Below are positions 15,828-25,466 of a DNA stretch of 45,213 nucleotides, piece after piece (positions within the stretch are counted from its first letter, which is position 1; every line of letters starts with the position of its first letter). The stretch lies in IMG/VR virus record IMGVR_UViG_3300010224_000017, one strand, 5' to 3'. The notes beneath the pieces were generated by a model, which did no database searches, was not told the DNA's origin, and saw only the letters and a list, made by a program, of their open reading frames with translations. The translations under genes were made by a program, and so were the position numbers. The stretch comes from a virus.

Positions 15828-16630
15828 TTACTCCTCGTCGGATTCCTCGCGCGAGCTCAGGATTGCTCGCTCGGCATGGGGGAGAACGTCGGCAAGCAGG
15901 GTGAGATCGACGCCGCGCGCCTGGCCGATCGCCATCACGGAGCCGAAGTCGAGCGCGAATGGTTGCCCCATGCCCGCAACGCGTAGCTGGCCGGCACAGG
16001 CGGTCAGAACGCCCCAGACGGCCTCGCCCTCATCGGTGGTGGGCTCGTTTACGAGGTAGGGGCAGCCTTCCGACCCGGCTTCCGGGTCCGGACGGCAGCG
16101 GCCTTCCGTTTCGGCTTGGCAGGAGAGCTGGCAGTACCGTTCGCCGGCGTCGCCGCCGCTCCAGTGCCATTCGGCGAGCCGGCGGAGGCGTTTCCCTCCC
16201 GGTCCTTCAGCACCCAGGGATAGACATACGCCTGATCGGCCGCCTCGAACGCTCGCGCCATTGCGACGAAGGAGGAAATCGTGCCCGGCTTTATGACGGG
16301 CCGCTCATCTTCATCGAGCAGGGGCGCTCCGTCCTTCATCACCACCTCATCGGCAGTCGCGGCGACGGGCGTGGTAGTGCCTTCGAGGGAGATGCCCTCC
16401 CACTCGATGATTCCGCGTCGGATCAGCTCAATGCTGAGCGCGTCCCCGGCTTCAACGACGTCGTTCGGTGCCAGTCGAAGGGCCTCGCGGACCGCCTCGC
16501 GCGCAGCGCGGACGGCTTTCGGGCCGATCGGGCGAAACTTGACCCGCACGCCAGGCAGCAGGAAAGGGCGCGGATCATCAGGATCGTCGCTCGGGATGCT
16601 GCCCAGCCACTTATCCGTCTCGAGTTCCAT
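15828..16630 (-). CDS. Predicted -1 frameshift fusion chaperone (gpGT analogue, about 267 aa)
   Basis: The -1 frame is open from 16304 down to the TAA at 15828..15830, 7 nt before the tape measure ATG. The frame arithmetic for a -1 shift checks out. The extension ends ...FALDFGSVMAIGQARGVDLTLLADVLPHAERAILSSREESDEE. Confidence 0.5.
16049..16630 (-). CDS. Tail assembly chaperone (lambda gpG analogue)
   Basis: Lies between the major tail and tape measure genes. It contains an in-frame slippery heptamer. Confidence 0.7.
   Translation of the reverse strand: MELETDKWLGSIPSDDPDDPRPFLLPGVRVKFRPIGPKAVRAAREAVREALRLAPNDVVEAGDALSIELIRRGIIEWEGISLEGTTTPVAATADEVVMKDGAPLLDEDERPVIKPGTISSFVAMARAFEAADQAYVYPWVLKDREGNASAGSPNGTGAAATPANGTASSPAKPKRKAAAVRTRKPGRKAAPTS
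16190..16196 (-). promoter_or_regulatory. Candidate -1 programmed frameshift slippery heptamer G_GGA_AAC
   Basis: GGA (Gly146) and AAC (Asn147) are zero-frame codons of the chaperone ORF. Lambda G/GT uses G_GGA_AAG. Confidence 0.5.
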
Positions 16631-17580
16631 CAGTAGCTCGCAACGTCATTGGTCAGGGTAGCCACCACGCTGGCCGCCTCGGCGCCGCTGGCTTGCCAGT
16701 TAAACTGGGCCTGGATCCCGTTCGGACCCGAGATCGGGCGCTTCGTCGGGGGCAGGAACACGCGAGGCACGGCGAAGACCAGGCCCATGCCGCCAGCCGC
16801 AGCCCAACCGAAGTCGAGCTCGATCGGGTCGCCCGCCGATGCGGCGGTGAGAAGCGTGGTGTCCTTGAACCGGACCGTGATCGACCCGCTCATCTGGACC
16901 ATGCCCGGGTCGCTGTCCTCGATGCGGCCATCCGACTGGATGGTCTCGACCTTCTCCAGGCCGTTCGAGAAGGTGAAGTCCGCCGCGACCACCGACCCGA
17001 GAGCCGCGCCATCCTTCTTGACGAAGCCGGTCGCGTTCGGGAAGCGGGTGATCGGAAGCGCGGCGGTGGCGCTGCCCCCCGCGGCGCTGGTACCGGAAGG
17101 CGTCGTCTCGCCAATGCAGACGAGGCTGCAGGTGGCGTTCAGGAGGCCGCTGCGCGACATGCCGATCTTGAGCTGGTTCCCGCGCGCGCCACGATGGACG
17201 CTGTAGGAGGGGATTTCCGGCGCGCCGATTTCGATCGACATCGAGGGAAGCGATGCGGCACCGGAAGTAAAGACGTGGTCGAACAGGTCACTGTCCGCCG
17301 ACGTCACCGGCGCGCCGAAGAACAGCTTCAGCATGTGCGCGAAGTTGCGGACGTCGACAGGCACGACCATGTCGCCATCGTTGGTGGCCACGTCGGGCGT
17401 CGGATCCTGCATCTCGCGCCCCAGGCCGAGCAGGTCGGCGGCGATCAGCGGCCGCTCTTCGCCCAGCGTATGGCTGACGAAGGGCATGCCGAACCAAGAG
17501 GCGCCACTGGCCGGAACAGTGCCGGTCGTGGTTTCAAAGACGCCGAACGCCTTCGCGTTCGCGCCGCGTGCGCGAGCCAT
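16630..17580 (-). CDS. Major tail tube protein (gpV-position analogue)
   Basis: 316 aa, between the terminator-like and chaperone genes. Confidence 0.65.
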   Translation of the reverse strand: MARARGANAKAFGVFETTTGTVPASGASWFGMPFVSHTLGEERPLIAADLLGLGREMQDPTPDVATNDGDMVVPVDVRNFAHMLKLFFGAPVTSADSDLFDHVFTSGAASLPSMSIEIGAPEIPSYSVHRGARGNQLKIGMSRSGLLNATCSLVCIGETTPSGTSAAGGSATAALPITRFPNATGFVKKDGAALGSVVAADFTFSNGLEKVETIQSDGRIEDSDPGMVQMSGSITVRFKDTTLLTAASAGDPIELDFGWAAAGGMGLVFAVPRVFLPPTKRPISGPNGIQAQFNWQASGAEAASVVATLTNDVASY

Positions 17581-17595
17581 ATCGTGTCTCCGTGC

Positions 17596-18042
17596 TTAGA
17601 GGGCTTTGGACGTCGCGTAGTCAGCGACGATGCTGGGGTAGGAGGCCCGAGCGGGCTCGGTGCCGTTGATGGTCAGGTCGCCGGTCACCCCGGCTTTAGC
17701 GTCGAGATAATCGACCACACCGCCGAGAAAGCGATCGGCCTCGACCGCATCAGCTATGTCCTCCAAGAGCGCATCGAGCGCTTCGGCAGAGGTGATGGCG
17801 TCAGTCTTGCGTGCAGCGATCTCAAGCGGGAATTCGTGGCTATAATTGTACGTCGGCGGCGACATATCGACCGTCGCCTCGCCGGGATCGCCGTAGCGGA
17901 CGACGACCAGGCCGGTCCCGGGTACGCGCTCTGGCGCTGCCGCGTCATTGTCCAAACCGATCACGGTGACACCAGGCAGCACGCCTTGCAGCCATGTGAC
18001 GAGCGCGACGTGCACCTCAAGGCCCTTCGTCATTCCGCCCAT
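17596..18042 (-). CDS. Tail terminator protein (gpU-position analogue); the start may be ATG 18033
   Basis: Synteny. ATG 18033 gives an ATGA overlap with the upstream stop. Confidence 0.55.
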   Translation of the reverse strand: MGGMTKGLEVHVALVTWLQGVLPGVTVIGLDNDAAAPERVPGTGLVVVRYGDPGEATVDMSPPTYNYSHEFPLEIAARKTDAITSAEALDALLEDIADAVEADRFLGGVVDYLDAKAGVTGDLTINGTEPARASYPSIVADYATSKAL

Positions 18043-18725
18043 TCCTCCGCCAGGAGCTGCGGCAGCGTCGCCGCGGCGCGGTCGAGCGCGCCCTTGAGGT
18101 CAAGCTTCTTCGGCACCTTCACCGAAGCAACGAGGGTGAACATCACCACGGATTCGACGCGGCGGCCTTTGTCGCGACCGGTTCCGGCAATCTCGCGGTC
18201 TGAGGCTGCGCGATATCGGCCGGTCGATTTCCGCGCGACGACGTTGTCCATGATCAGGAAGCCGACTGCGCGTCCGCCTACCTTCATTCCTTCGGCCGAT
18301 CGCGCCGGCACGAACCGGAGGCGGCGGCCATACTGGTTTTCAACTTCAATCGGCGTCTTTGCCCGCGGCGACCGGCGCGGCCCGCCCGCGTTTTTCAGCG
18401 GGGTAGCATCAGTCGGGATAGCCAACAGGCGGCGGCCGGCGCGGGCGACGATGGTAGCGCCCAACGCGTAGCCTTGGATAATCTTCGGCGCCTTCGAATA
18501 GACGACCGCGGCGGGGGTGGGGCTACGCCCTACCTTCGGATACTCGACGTCCTGCCACGTCGTGGACAGCTTGTAAGGAAGCCCGGCAGCGAGCGTCTGG
18601 GCCCGCAGTTCCTCCTTGAGGCCGCCCCCGGCGCGCTTCACCGCTCGCATGGATCCCATGATCTGCTTGATACGGGCCGCGTCGAGCGCCTCGGTCAGCC
18701 CGGTGACCTTGGCGGTCAGCTTCAT
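18030..18725 (-). CDS. Tail completion protein (gpZ-like)
   Basis: Synteny after the FII-like gene. Basic protein of similar size and composition to lambda Z. Confidence 0.5.
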   Translation of the reverse strand: MKLTAKVTGLTEALDAARIKQIMGSMRAVKRAGGGLKEELRAQTLAAGLPYKLSTTWQDVEYPKVGRSPTPAAVVYSKAPKIIQGYALGATIVARAGRRLLAIPTDATPLKNAGGPRRSPRAKTPIEVENQYGRRLRFVPARSAEGMKVGGRAVGFLIMDNVVARKSTGRYRAASDREIAGTGRDKGRRVESVVMFTLVASVKVPKKLDLKGALDRAAATLPQLLAEEWAE

Positions 18726-19066
18726 GCCGCGGGCTCAAGGTAGCAGAGCCAGGACAGGCCCTCGGTGTCCAGCCGCGCTCCGCCCTGAATGGCGAAATCT
18801 GTCCAGACAGTGACGTCTTCCTTCCGGCGCGCGTTGCCGACGGAGAGCGCGTCGCCCCGAAGGGGCTGCTCCACGTCCGACCGCTGTATCTGCGCGGAAT
18901 GGAAATCGCCGAGCGCAGCGCCCTCGCCGAACGGCACTTCCCTGGTGCCCTGTTCGAAGATCACGCGAATGTCGGTTGGGGAGCCGCCAGCAGGGGTGAA
19001 GATGGCGGCTACCGAACCGGCAGCAGAATGAAGCGCGGCCAAGGCCGTTGCGAACGGGTCGGCCAT
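18722..19066 (-). CDS. Head-tail joining protein (lambda gpFII-like)
   Basis: MADPFATALAALH...IRVIFEQG...RSDVEQPLRGDALSVG resembles lambda FII (MADFDNLFDAAI...IRGVFDDP...RTDEVRQLRRGDTLTIG). Start trimmed to ATG 19066. Confidence 0.65.
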   Translation of the reverse strand: MADPFATALAALHSAAGSVAAIFTPAGGSPTDIRVIFEQGTREVPFGEGAALGDFHSAQIQRSDVEQPLRGDALSVGNARRKEDVTVWTDFAIQGGARLDTEGLSWLCYLEPAA

Positions 19067-19142
19067 GAGATGCTCCGAAAAAGATGGGCGACGGCGACCG
19101 AAGTGGCCGCCGCCCAGGCTCAGGGAGAGAGGATGGGAGGCC

Positions 19143-19334
19143 TCAGGCCTCCGCGGCACCCTTGCCCTTGGCGGGCTTCGGATCCGCGTCTTCGGCGTAG
19201 CCGGCGTTGACCATGTCCTTGGCGCGAGCCTCGGTGATCTGCGCGGCTTCATCGCCGACGTCGAGGGCATCGCCCGCAGGCTTGAAAGCGCCGCCGTTGT
19301 CGTAGGCCCCGGTGAGGAGGTTGATCGTCTTCAT
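19143..19334 (-). CDS. Hypothetical small acidic protein (63 aa) between the decoration and FII-like genes
   Basis: ORF in a syntenic gap. No motif recognised. Confidence 0.45.
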   Translation of the reverse strand: MKTINLLTGAYDNGGAFKPAGDALDVGDEAAQITEARAKDMVNAGYAEDADPKPAKGKGAAEA

Positions 19335-19348
19335 GGTTCGATCTCCCC

Positions 19349-19684
19349 TTACTGGCCGAAGCCGTTGAGGCGCAGGCGGACGGTCGCGTCAGCGGCCAGG
19401 GCCGCCTTGGTCGCGATGCCGACCCACTTGTTGCTGGTTGCGGTGCTGGTCAGATACTTGTTCGTATCGTCCCAATAGACCTTGTCGCCGACCGCGAAGG
19501 TGTCGTTCGTCTTCTTGGTGCCGTCCCAGACGTGACGGGTCGTGATCACGACCGACGCGCCGCTTGCGGCCGCGAACTTGGCGAAGCCGAACAAGTTGCC
19601 GACCAGGCAACCGGCGCCGCTCGCGACGGTGTAGGGGGCGGTGACGGTGAGGTCGTCACCTTCCTGAACGTAATTGGTGCTCAT
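19349..19684 (-). CDS. Capsid decoration/cement protein candidate (DUF2190-like)
   Basis: 111 aa directly after the capsid gene. Composition and length match the DUF2190 family. Confidence 0.55.
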   Translation of the reverse strand: MSTNYVQEGDDLTVTAPYTVASGAGCLVGNLFGFAKFAAASGASVVITTRHVWDGTKKTNDTFAVGDKVYWDDTNKYLTSTATSNKWVGIATKAALAADATVRLRLNGFGQ

Positions 19685-19744
19685 GGAAATTCTCCGGAAG
19701 AGACGACGGGCGACAACACGCCGCCCGCCTCAGGTGACGAGCGT

Positions 19745-21769
19745 TTACGCGCCCGGATTCTTGTAGAGACCGCGGTAATCGATCGCCTTGGCGCCGATCA
19801 CGAGGCGGGCCTTGATGTCGACGCCGTCGACCTCGAAGCCCTGCCGCCGCTCCGTCTGGAGGCCTTCGTGGCCGGCCAGATACGCGTATTCGATCGTGTC
19901 GATCGGCTGCGCGTTGGGGTCGGCCGCGAGGAACCAGCTGAGGTCGGTGATGCGCGGATCCACGGTCACCGACAGGTTGCGGTTGTACTCGGGATTGATC
20001 GCCGACGCCTGGTTGGCGACGAAGTTGGCTGAGGTGTACTGGTTCGCTTCCTGCTCCTTCTGCGGACCGACCACGAGGACGGACGGCGTGATGTTGAGGA
20101 AGCGACCCTTCGGGGCCTTCTGCGTGCGCATCGCGGTGCGGCCCGCGCTCAGCGACGCGACCGAGATGGCGGAGCCGGCGCCGGCAAGGTTGCCGTGGCT
20201 GGCGTGGAACAGCGCGATGCTGTCCGCCATGTTCGGGTTGCTGATCAGGATCGCGTAGACGAGGTCGCCCTCGACCTGCGCTGCTTCCTGACCCATCGCC
20301 ATCGGGATGCGGTCGAAGGCATTGAGGTCATCGTTGATGATCGTCTCCCAGGTCAGGGAGATGATCTGGCCCCACTTGCCGACCGTGTACTGCTCCGCCG
20401 AGTCGCCGACGGTCGCGTACTGGTACTCAGCGCCCTGGGCGACCTGCGCCATCGCCGAGATGTCGGACAGCGCCACGCGAGAAACGGGGCGGAAGTCCGG
20501 CACGCTCGACTGGCGGCAGAACGAGCGGAATGTCTGCGGCGCTAGCTCATAGCTGCGACGCAGGGTGCGGCCGACGGTGTTGGCGAGCAGCGACGGGAAA
20601 TCGCTGGTGCTGTGCTGGCCGGCGTTGCTCGGACCGCGATAGCGGAACACCTGCTGAGCGACTTCGACGTCGCCCATGTTGCTGGTATTGACGCCCGTGG
20701 CGCCGAGGAAGTCGCGGGCGAGCACGACCAGGCGGCGGCCGGCGAAGGCGCGCGCGTCGTCGGTCAGCTCATTCCGCGGATTCGCGCGGTGTGCGATCGC
20801 GACGCTCATCGCATCCGCGCGGGCGCGGAACTGCTCGGCCGGGATGGTGGCCGGCGCGATGTTCGTGATCGTCTGCGAGCCTTCCGCAATCGCATCGATG
20901 ATGCGGGTGCGGGCGACATCGACGGTCACGCCCTCGTTGATGAGGGTGTCGGCGAACGTGGCGTTGAGGCGCGCGCGCGTCACCTCGTTGCGGATCGTCG
21001 AAGCGCGGGCGCGCTCCGCGGCTACCGCAGCTTCAGCGGCGGCACGAGCTGCGTCGCCGATGTTGGTCGGCTGCGGCTGCGCGGCGGGTGCCGGATTGGG
21101 ATTGGCATTGGGGTCGGCGATCGGCAGGCCGGTCACCGGATCGATGGTCGGATCCATGTTATTCTCCGGGTTGTGGAGGGTGGCGGCTGGCGCCGGGGTG
21201 CTCGCCGCTTTCGCGATGAGTGGGTGCTCGGGGACCTTGCGGAACCCGAATTTCGAGGCGTCGAGCATGTTGGTCGCCGTTGCGGCTCCCGCGATCTCGT
21301 CGATGAAGTGCATCGCCAGCGCTTCCTGGGCGGTCATCCAGGTTTCGGCGTCGAGGAGGGGATTAAGCTCCTCGGGGGTCATGCCGGTGCGCGCGGCGTA
21401 GATGTTGACCAGCTGGTTCTGGAGCATGTCGAGCCGGTCGGCGGTCGCGCGGAGCTCGGTGGCAACGCCATAGGTCCCGTCGGACGGCTTGTGGATCATC
21501 ATCACCGCGTTGTCGGCCATGATGATGCGGTCACCAGCCATCGCGATGATGCTGGCGATCGAGCCGGCGATGCCGTCAATGTGGACGGCGACGTTCTGCG
21601 GCGACTGCTTCAGCGCGTTGTAGACCGCGAAGCCCTCAAACACGAGGCCGCCAAGGGAGTTTATCCGGACGGAGATGTCGTCCGTGGCCTGGCCGATGGC
21701 ATTGACCAGCGACACGGCATCGAGGCCGCAATCGGCATCGCCGATCACGCCATAAAGCAGGATTTCCAT
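19745..21769 (-). CDS. Prohead protease (ClpP/S49-like), scaffold-like linker and major capsid protein fused in one ORF
   Basis: N-terminus: SLGGLVFEGFAVYNAL...GIAGSIASIIAMAGD (Clp/S49-like). The middle is Ala/Pro-rich and helical. The C-terminal 370 aa or so are capsid-like (Mu gpT/HK97-fold type). Confidence 0.75.
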   Translation of the reverse strand: MEILLYGVIGDADCGLDAVSLVNAIGQATDDISVRINSLGGLVFEGFAVYNALKQSPQNVAVHIDGIAGSIASIIAMAGDRIIMADNAVMMIHKPSDGTYGVATELRATADRLDMLQNQLVNIYAARTGMTPEELNPLLDAETWMTAQEALAMHFIDEIAGAATATNMLDASKFGFRKVPEHPLIAKAASTPAPAATLHNPENNMDPTIDPVTGLPIADPNANPNPAPAAQPQPTNIGDAARAAAEAAVAAERARASTIRNEVTRARLNATFADTLINEGVTVDVARTRIIDAIAEGSQTITNIAPATIPAEQFRARADAMSVAIAHRANPRNELTDDARAFAGRRLVVLARDFLGATGVNTSNMGDVEVAQQVFRYRGPSNAGQHSTSDFPSLLANTVGRTLRRSYELAPQTFRSFCRQSSVPDFRPVSRVALSDISAMAQVAQGAEYQYATVGDSAEQYTVGKWGQIISLTWETIINDDLNAFDRIPMAMGQEAAQVEGDLVYAILISNPNMADSIALFHASHGNLAGAGSAISVASLSAGRTAMRTQKAPKGRFLNITPSVLVVGPQKEQEANQYTSANFVANQASAINPEYNRNLSVTVDPRITDLSWFLAADPNAQPIDTIEYAYLAGHEGLQTERRQGFEVDGVDIKARLVIGAKAIDYRGLYKNPGA

Positions 21770-21772
21770 GGT

Positions 21773-23260
21773 CTAGCGTCCTTTGGGCGGCTTGGCCTGG
21801 GGGCTGGATTGCTGCGGCACGGCGAGATTGCCGACCTGCGTCACCTTCGATGGGTCGGTATCGAATACGAGGCCGAGCTTATCGGCCTTGCCCTTCCACC
21901 GCGCCCAAGCCTGCAGCACTGCGTCGGGGTCTTCTCCGCGCTCGCGGATAGCGGTCTCGGGATCCATCAGGCCCGCGCGCACCAGGTCGCGCGTGGCAGG
22001 CCCTTCTGTCGCCGGATCGAGCATCGGCCGCGCCGGCGGCGTCCATTTCATGGTGCAGCCCTCGACATTCTTGCCGAGCAGCTGCGCCGCTCGGAAGAAC
22101 CAGGCCGCGGCGCCGTCGCAGAATTGCGGAATCAGCATCTGCCACGTCCAGGCGTCGAGCTGGCGGTTGTACTGGATCCGCCCAATGCGTCCCGATGAGA
22201 AGTTCACCCCCTCAAGGTCGCCGAAGATGTCGTATGGGAGGTTCATACCGGTAGCGAACGTGCGCACCGAAATCTTTGCGAAGTCTGCGTAGCCTTCGAC
22301 GCCGGGAGGGGCCGCGAACTTGACGTCCGCGCCCGATGGCAGGTCTTCGATCATGCCCGGCTCGACGAAGCTCGACCGATCGTCGGCGTCAGTATCGGCG
22401 TCCCCGTCCAGCCCCTCCATGCCAATGCGGAAGACGGCCCACGAGCCAGCGATCTTCTGCCGCAGGAGCTGGCCGTCCTGATAATCGGCGAAGTCCCGCA
22501 TGGACATGATGACCGGTGCGAACCAGCTGGCGCCGTGCTGCTGCCCCGGCCTGTCCTGGCGGTAAACGTGGATGATCTGGTCGGCGGGGATCGGGTTCGC
22601 GATCATTCCCTGCGAAGTGATCGCACCCGGATGGTTCGGGAAGAGCCAATAGGCTTGGCGATTCCCGATCTGGTCGAACTGGATGCCGGAGACATATTGC
22701 CCCTTCTCCAGCAGACCGTTGCGTGCCTGGTCGAGATAGTCGGGTTCCAGAAGCTGGATCTGGAACGGCACCGGCAGCCCGTCGCGCGAGAAGCGGGGGC
22801 GGTAGCGAGCCAGAACAGCGCCGCTTTCCACGACCGAGCGCGCTGCCAAAAGCTGAAGCCCGTAAAGGTTGTGGCGCCCGTCTGCGTCACAAGCGGTCGT
22901 CTCAAAGTGGGACACCGCCAATGCCTGCAGCTCGGCATCTGGTTCGCCGTTGCGCAGGACTTGGAAGGTGATGCCCGTTCCGACGAGGTCGGTGGCGATG
23001 GCCGACACCGCGCGCTCCGCGTACGGGTTATTCCGCACCATGTCGCGCGCGGTCTGCGCGAGCACTTGGGCCGCCCCGACGAGCTCGTAATTCGCGTCCT
23101 TGCTATTCCGGCGCCAGCCCTGCGTCCGCCGGCTGAAGGCGGCGCCATCATACTGGTTGCGGACGTTGCGCAGCGCGGTGAGACGAAGCTTCGCCTTTTC
23201 GCGCGCGACGGCCCGCTCCGGCGACAGCGCGCCGATCAGCCGGTCAAGCATCCCGGCCAT
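21773..23260 (-). CDS. Portal protein, lambda gpB family
   Basis: 495 aa. N-terminal ...YDGAAFSRRTQGWRRNSKDANYEL... is typical of lambda-family portals. It lies after gpW and terminase. Confidence 0.85.
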   Translation of the reverse strand: MAGMLDRLIGALSPERAVAREKAKLRLTALRNVRNQYDGAAFSRRTQGWRRNSKDANYELVGAAQVLAQTARDMVRNNPYAERAVSAIATDLVGTGITFQVLRNGEPDAELQALAVSHFETTACDADGRHNLYGLQLLAARSVVESGAVLARYRPRFSRDGLPVPFQIQLLEPDYLDQARNGLLEKGQYVSGIQFDQIGNRQAYWLFPNHPGAITSQGMIANPIPADQIIHVYRQDRPGQQHGASWFAPVIMSMRDFADYQDGQLLRQKIAGSWAVFRIGMEGLDGDADTDADDRSSFVEPGMIEDLPSGADVKFAAPPGVEGYADFAKISVRTFATGMNLPYDIFGDLEGVNFSSGRIGRIQYNRQLDAWTWQMLIPQFCDGAAAWFFRAAQLLGKNVEGCTMKWTPPARPMLDPATEGPATRDLVRAGLMDPETAIRERGEDPDAVLQAWARWKGKADKLGLVFDTDPSKVTQVGNLAVPQQSSPQAKPPKGR

Positions 23261-23463
23261 CAGCAGCCATTCCGATAGGAAGGGTAGGACCGCCGCGGCG
23301 CGCCCGAGCTCGCGGACAGAGATGCCGCGATGCGCTGCTCCGCCTTCATCATCGCATCGAGGTCCTGATATCGGACCATCCTGCCATCAGCGAACCGCGT
23401 CTCGAGAACGCCGCTGCCGATACAGGCTCGGATATTATCGAGGTCGGTCTGTGTGAACGCCAT
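23260..23463 (-). CDS. Head-tail joining protein gpW-like (67 aa)
   Basis: MAFTQTDLDNIRACIGSGVLETRFADGRMVRYQDLDAMMKAEQRI. TGATG overlap with the terminase stop. Confidence 0.65.
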   Translation of the reverse strand: MAFTQTDLDNIRACIGSGVLETRFADGRMVRYQDLDAMMKAEQRIAASLSASSGAPRRSYPSYRNGC

Positions 23464-25466
23464 CAGCGCCGCCCTCCGAAGTGACTGCCGACCGGCCGAC
23501 CGGTCAGGGGGTTGATCTTCTGCTTCTTCTTCGCGGGCGCGGCCTGCGCAGGCTGTACGCTCGCAGATGGCAGCGCTTTCGGCGGTTCGGCTGCCCGCCG
23601 GGTCGGCCTCGAAGCTTGGCCCACCATCTGGGCCCACTTTTTGTCTGACCAGCGATCGATACCGAGCGAGTAGGTGATCGCCCGGGCGTAGACCGCGTTA
23701 TCGAGGGCCTCGTTGCGAGGCCGGGTCTGCTGCCACTCGCTCTTGGAGCGGCCGTTGCGCATGTTCTTGTGGACCAGTTGCTCGGCGACGAGCTGCTTGA
23801 TCCATTCGTCCGTCGTGCCGTCGGGCAAGAAGATATACCCCTCCGGGTATTCCTCACCGTCGACTGGCTTTTCCAGTTGTAGCTGCCCGTAAAGCTCCAG
23901 CTTGAGCATCGACGTTCCGACCGTCCAGAGGCGGACGCCGCGGGGGATTTTCTTCCCTCCAACGGTAAGGTCCTGCCAGGTCGGCCCGGCGATCGGCTGG
24001 GAAATGCCGACCGAATGCCTGCCCTTGAGCGCCATGGCGAAGCCCGGATTGCGGCGACACCATGCATAGACGTTCATCGTGTTCTCGCCGTCGCCGGAGT
24101 CCACCCCGACCCGCGCCAACTTCAGCGATCGCCCGTCCGCGGTCACCCACTCTCGGGCGACGACCTTGTCGAGCTTCGCCCATGTGATCTTGTCCGAGAT
24201 CGAGCCGTCGATTTCGACATGCTCGACCAGCGCGCGCCGCCGACCGGCGCCGAAGGCCCATACGTCCAGTTCCAATCGCCCGCCGCCGCCGCGCTGCACG
24301 TCGACCGATCCGACCAAGAGGCCGGCCCATGCCGGCGGGGTGCCGAGGGCCATGTCCTTCTCCCGGCGATCGTAGAGGCGCTGCCACTCAGGGGCCTCGC
24401 CCTTTTCCTGCCATGCCTCGCCGAGCACCTGGTTGACCCAGGTCCGAAGTAGGTTCGGATCCTTCCTGACCTCCAGAAACTCGCGGACGATCTCGGTCCA
24501 GCTCGCGCCTTCGTGCTGGCTGTAAGCCGCCCAGATGTGGAACGACCGGTGGCGCGGAAATGCGGCCGGGTTCATCGCCCGCCACTCGCCAGCCTCGTCC
24601 ATCTGAGCCTTGAAGCTCTCGTCGATGTCGCAGCCGTCTTCGCAGCGATACCAGACCTTGGTCGGGTTCTCCCTCGGGTGCCACCTGATGCCCGGGCCGG
24701 TGCCGTCGCCGAACACCAGCTTCTGCATTGTGCCGCAGTGAGGGCAGGGGACGAACCGGAACTCTTGCGACCCCTGGTCAAACAGGGTGTCAATCCGGCT
24801 GAATCCCTTGATCTTCGGCGTGGACCCCGCTGCGCTGAATCGGCGCGGCGACGTCAGGTTGCGCTTGAAGGCCAGGCGGGCAGGGTCGCCCTCTTCCTTC
24901 GCTGACCACGGGTAACCGTCCGGCTCCTCCAGCAGGACGCTATCGGCGGTGACACGCCGGAATTCTTTCGGGCTGTTCGCGCCCTTGATCTGGATCCAGC
25001 CGCCTTTGAAGCGCTTCGCCCTGATCTGGTTGTCGCGGTCCCTTGCTTTGAAGGTGGCCACCGCGCGGACGGCGGGCCACTGCAGGACCGGGTCGAGATC
25101 GTCGCGGCTATACTTCTCCGCGTCGTCGATCGTCGGTTGGTAAATCAGCAGCCTGCGCGGATCGCGTGCGATGCTGTAGCCAATGAAGCCCTGAACGATG
25201 GTCGAGTAACCGATGCGGCTACTCTTCCTGACAGTGACCTGCGACGTCTCCGGGTCAGTGAATGCGTCCGCGATCCCGTTCTGGAATGGGAATGCGCGGA
25301 AGCGCGCGCCGTCGTCCAGTTTGGCATGCTCGGCCATCCACTCGGACAGCGGTACCCGCGGCTGCGGCCTGAAGCTCGCGAACCAGCCCCGCACCGCCTC
25401 GGCGATCATCGCCCCGCGGACGCGGTAAGGCTCAGCCTCCTTCTTCGGCTGGGGCTTCTTCCTCAT
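23463..25466 (-). CDS. terL: Terminase large subunit, lambda GpA family
   Basis: 667 aa. FRAFPFQNGIADAFTDP...VRKSSRIGYST is typical of GpA-family terminases. Confidence 0.9.
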   Translation of the reverse strand: MRKKPQPKKEAEPYRVRGAMIAEAVRGWFASFRPQPRVPLSEWMAEHAKLDDGARFRAFPFQNGIADAFTDPETSQVTVRKSSRIGYSTIVQGFIGYSIARDPRRLLIYQPTIDDAEKYSRDDLDPVLQWPAVRAVATFKARDRDNQIRAKRFKGGWIQIKGANSPKEFRRVTADSVLLEEPDGYPWSAKEEGDPARLAFKRNLTSPRRFSAAGSTPKIKGFSRIDTLFDQGSQEFRFVPCPHCGTMQKLVFGDGTGPGIRWHPRENPTKVWYRCEDGCDIDESFKAQMDEAGEWRAMNPAAFPRHRSFHIWAAYSQHEGASWTEIVREFLEVRKDPNLLRTWVNQVLGEAWQEKGEAPEWQRLYDRREKDMALGTPPAWAGLLVGSVDVQRGGGGRLELDVWAFGAGRRRALVEHVEIDGSISDKITWAKLDKVVAREWVTADGRSLKLARVGVDSGDGENTMNVYAWCRRNPGFAMALKGRHSVGISQPIAGPTWQDLTVGGKKIPRGVRLWTVGTSMLKLELYGQLQLEKPVDGEEYPEGYIFLPDGTTDEWIKQLVAEQLVHKNMRNGRSKSEWQQTRPRNEALDNAVYARAITYSLGIDRWSDKKWAQMVGQASRPTRRAAEPPKALPSASVQPAQAAPAKKKQKINPLTGRPVGSHFGGRR

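Noticed and set aside
16693-18471. Very long + strand ORFs antisense to minus-strand structural genes (2318..3409, 9824..11149, 13711..14649, 14847..15986, 16693..18471, 20612..22198).
   Set aside because: Their translations are Arg/Ala/Gly/Pro-rich low-complexity sequences typical of shadow ORFs in GC-rich DNA. Each is fully covered by a minus-strand gene with clear motifs and synteny.
19707-19727. A hairpin (CGGGCG-9 nt-CGCCCG) between the capsid and decoration genes as an intrinsic terminator or attenuator.
   Set aside because: It has only a 6-bp stem with a weak, interrupted U-stretch, which is insufficient to call.
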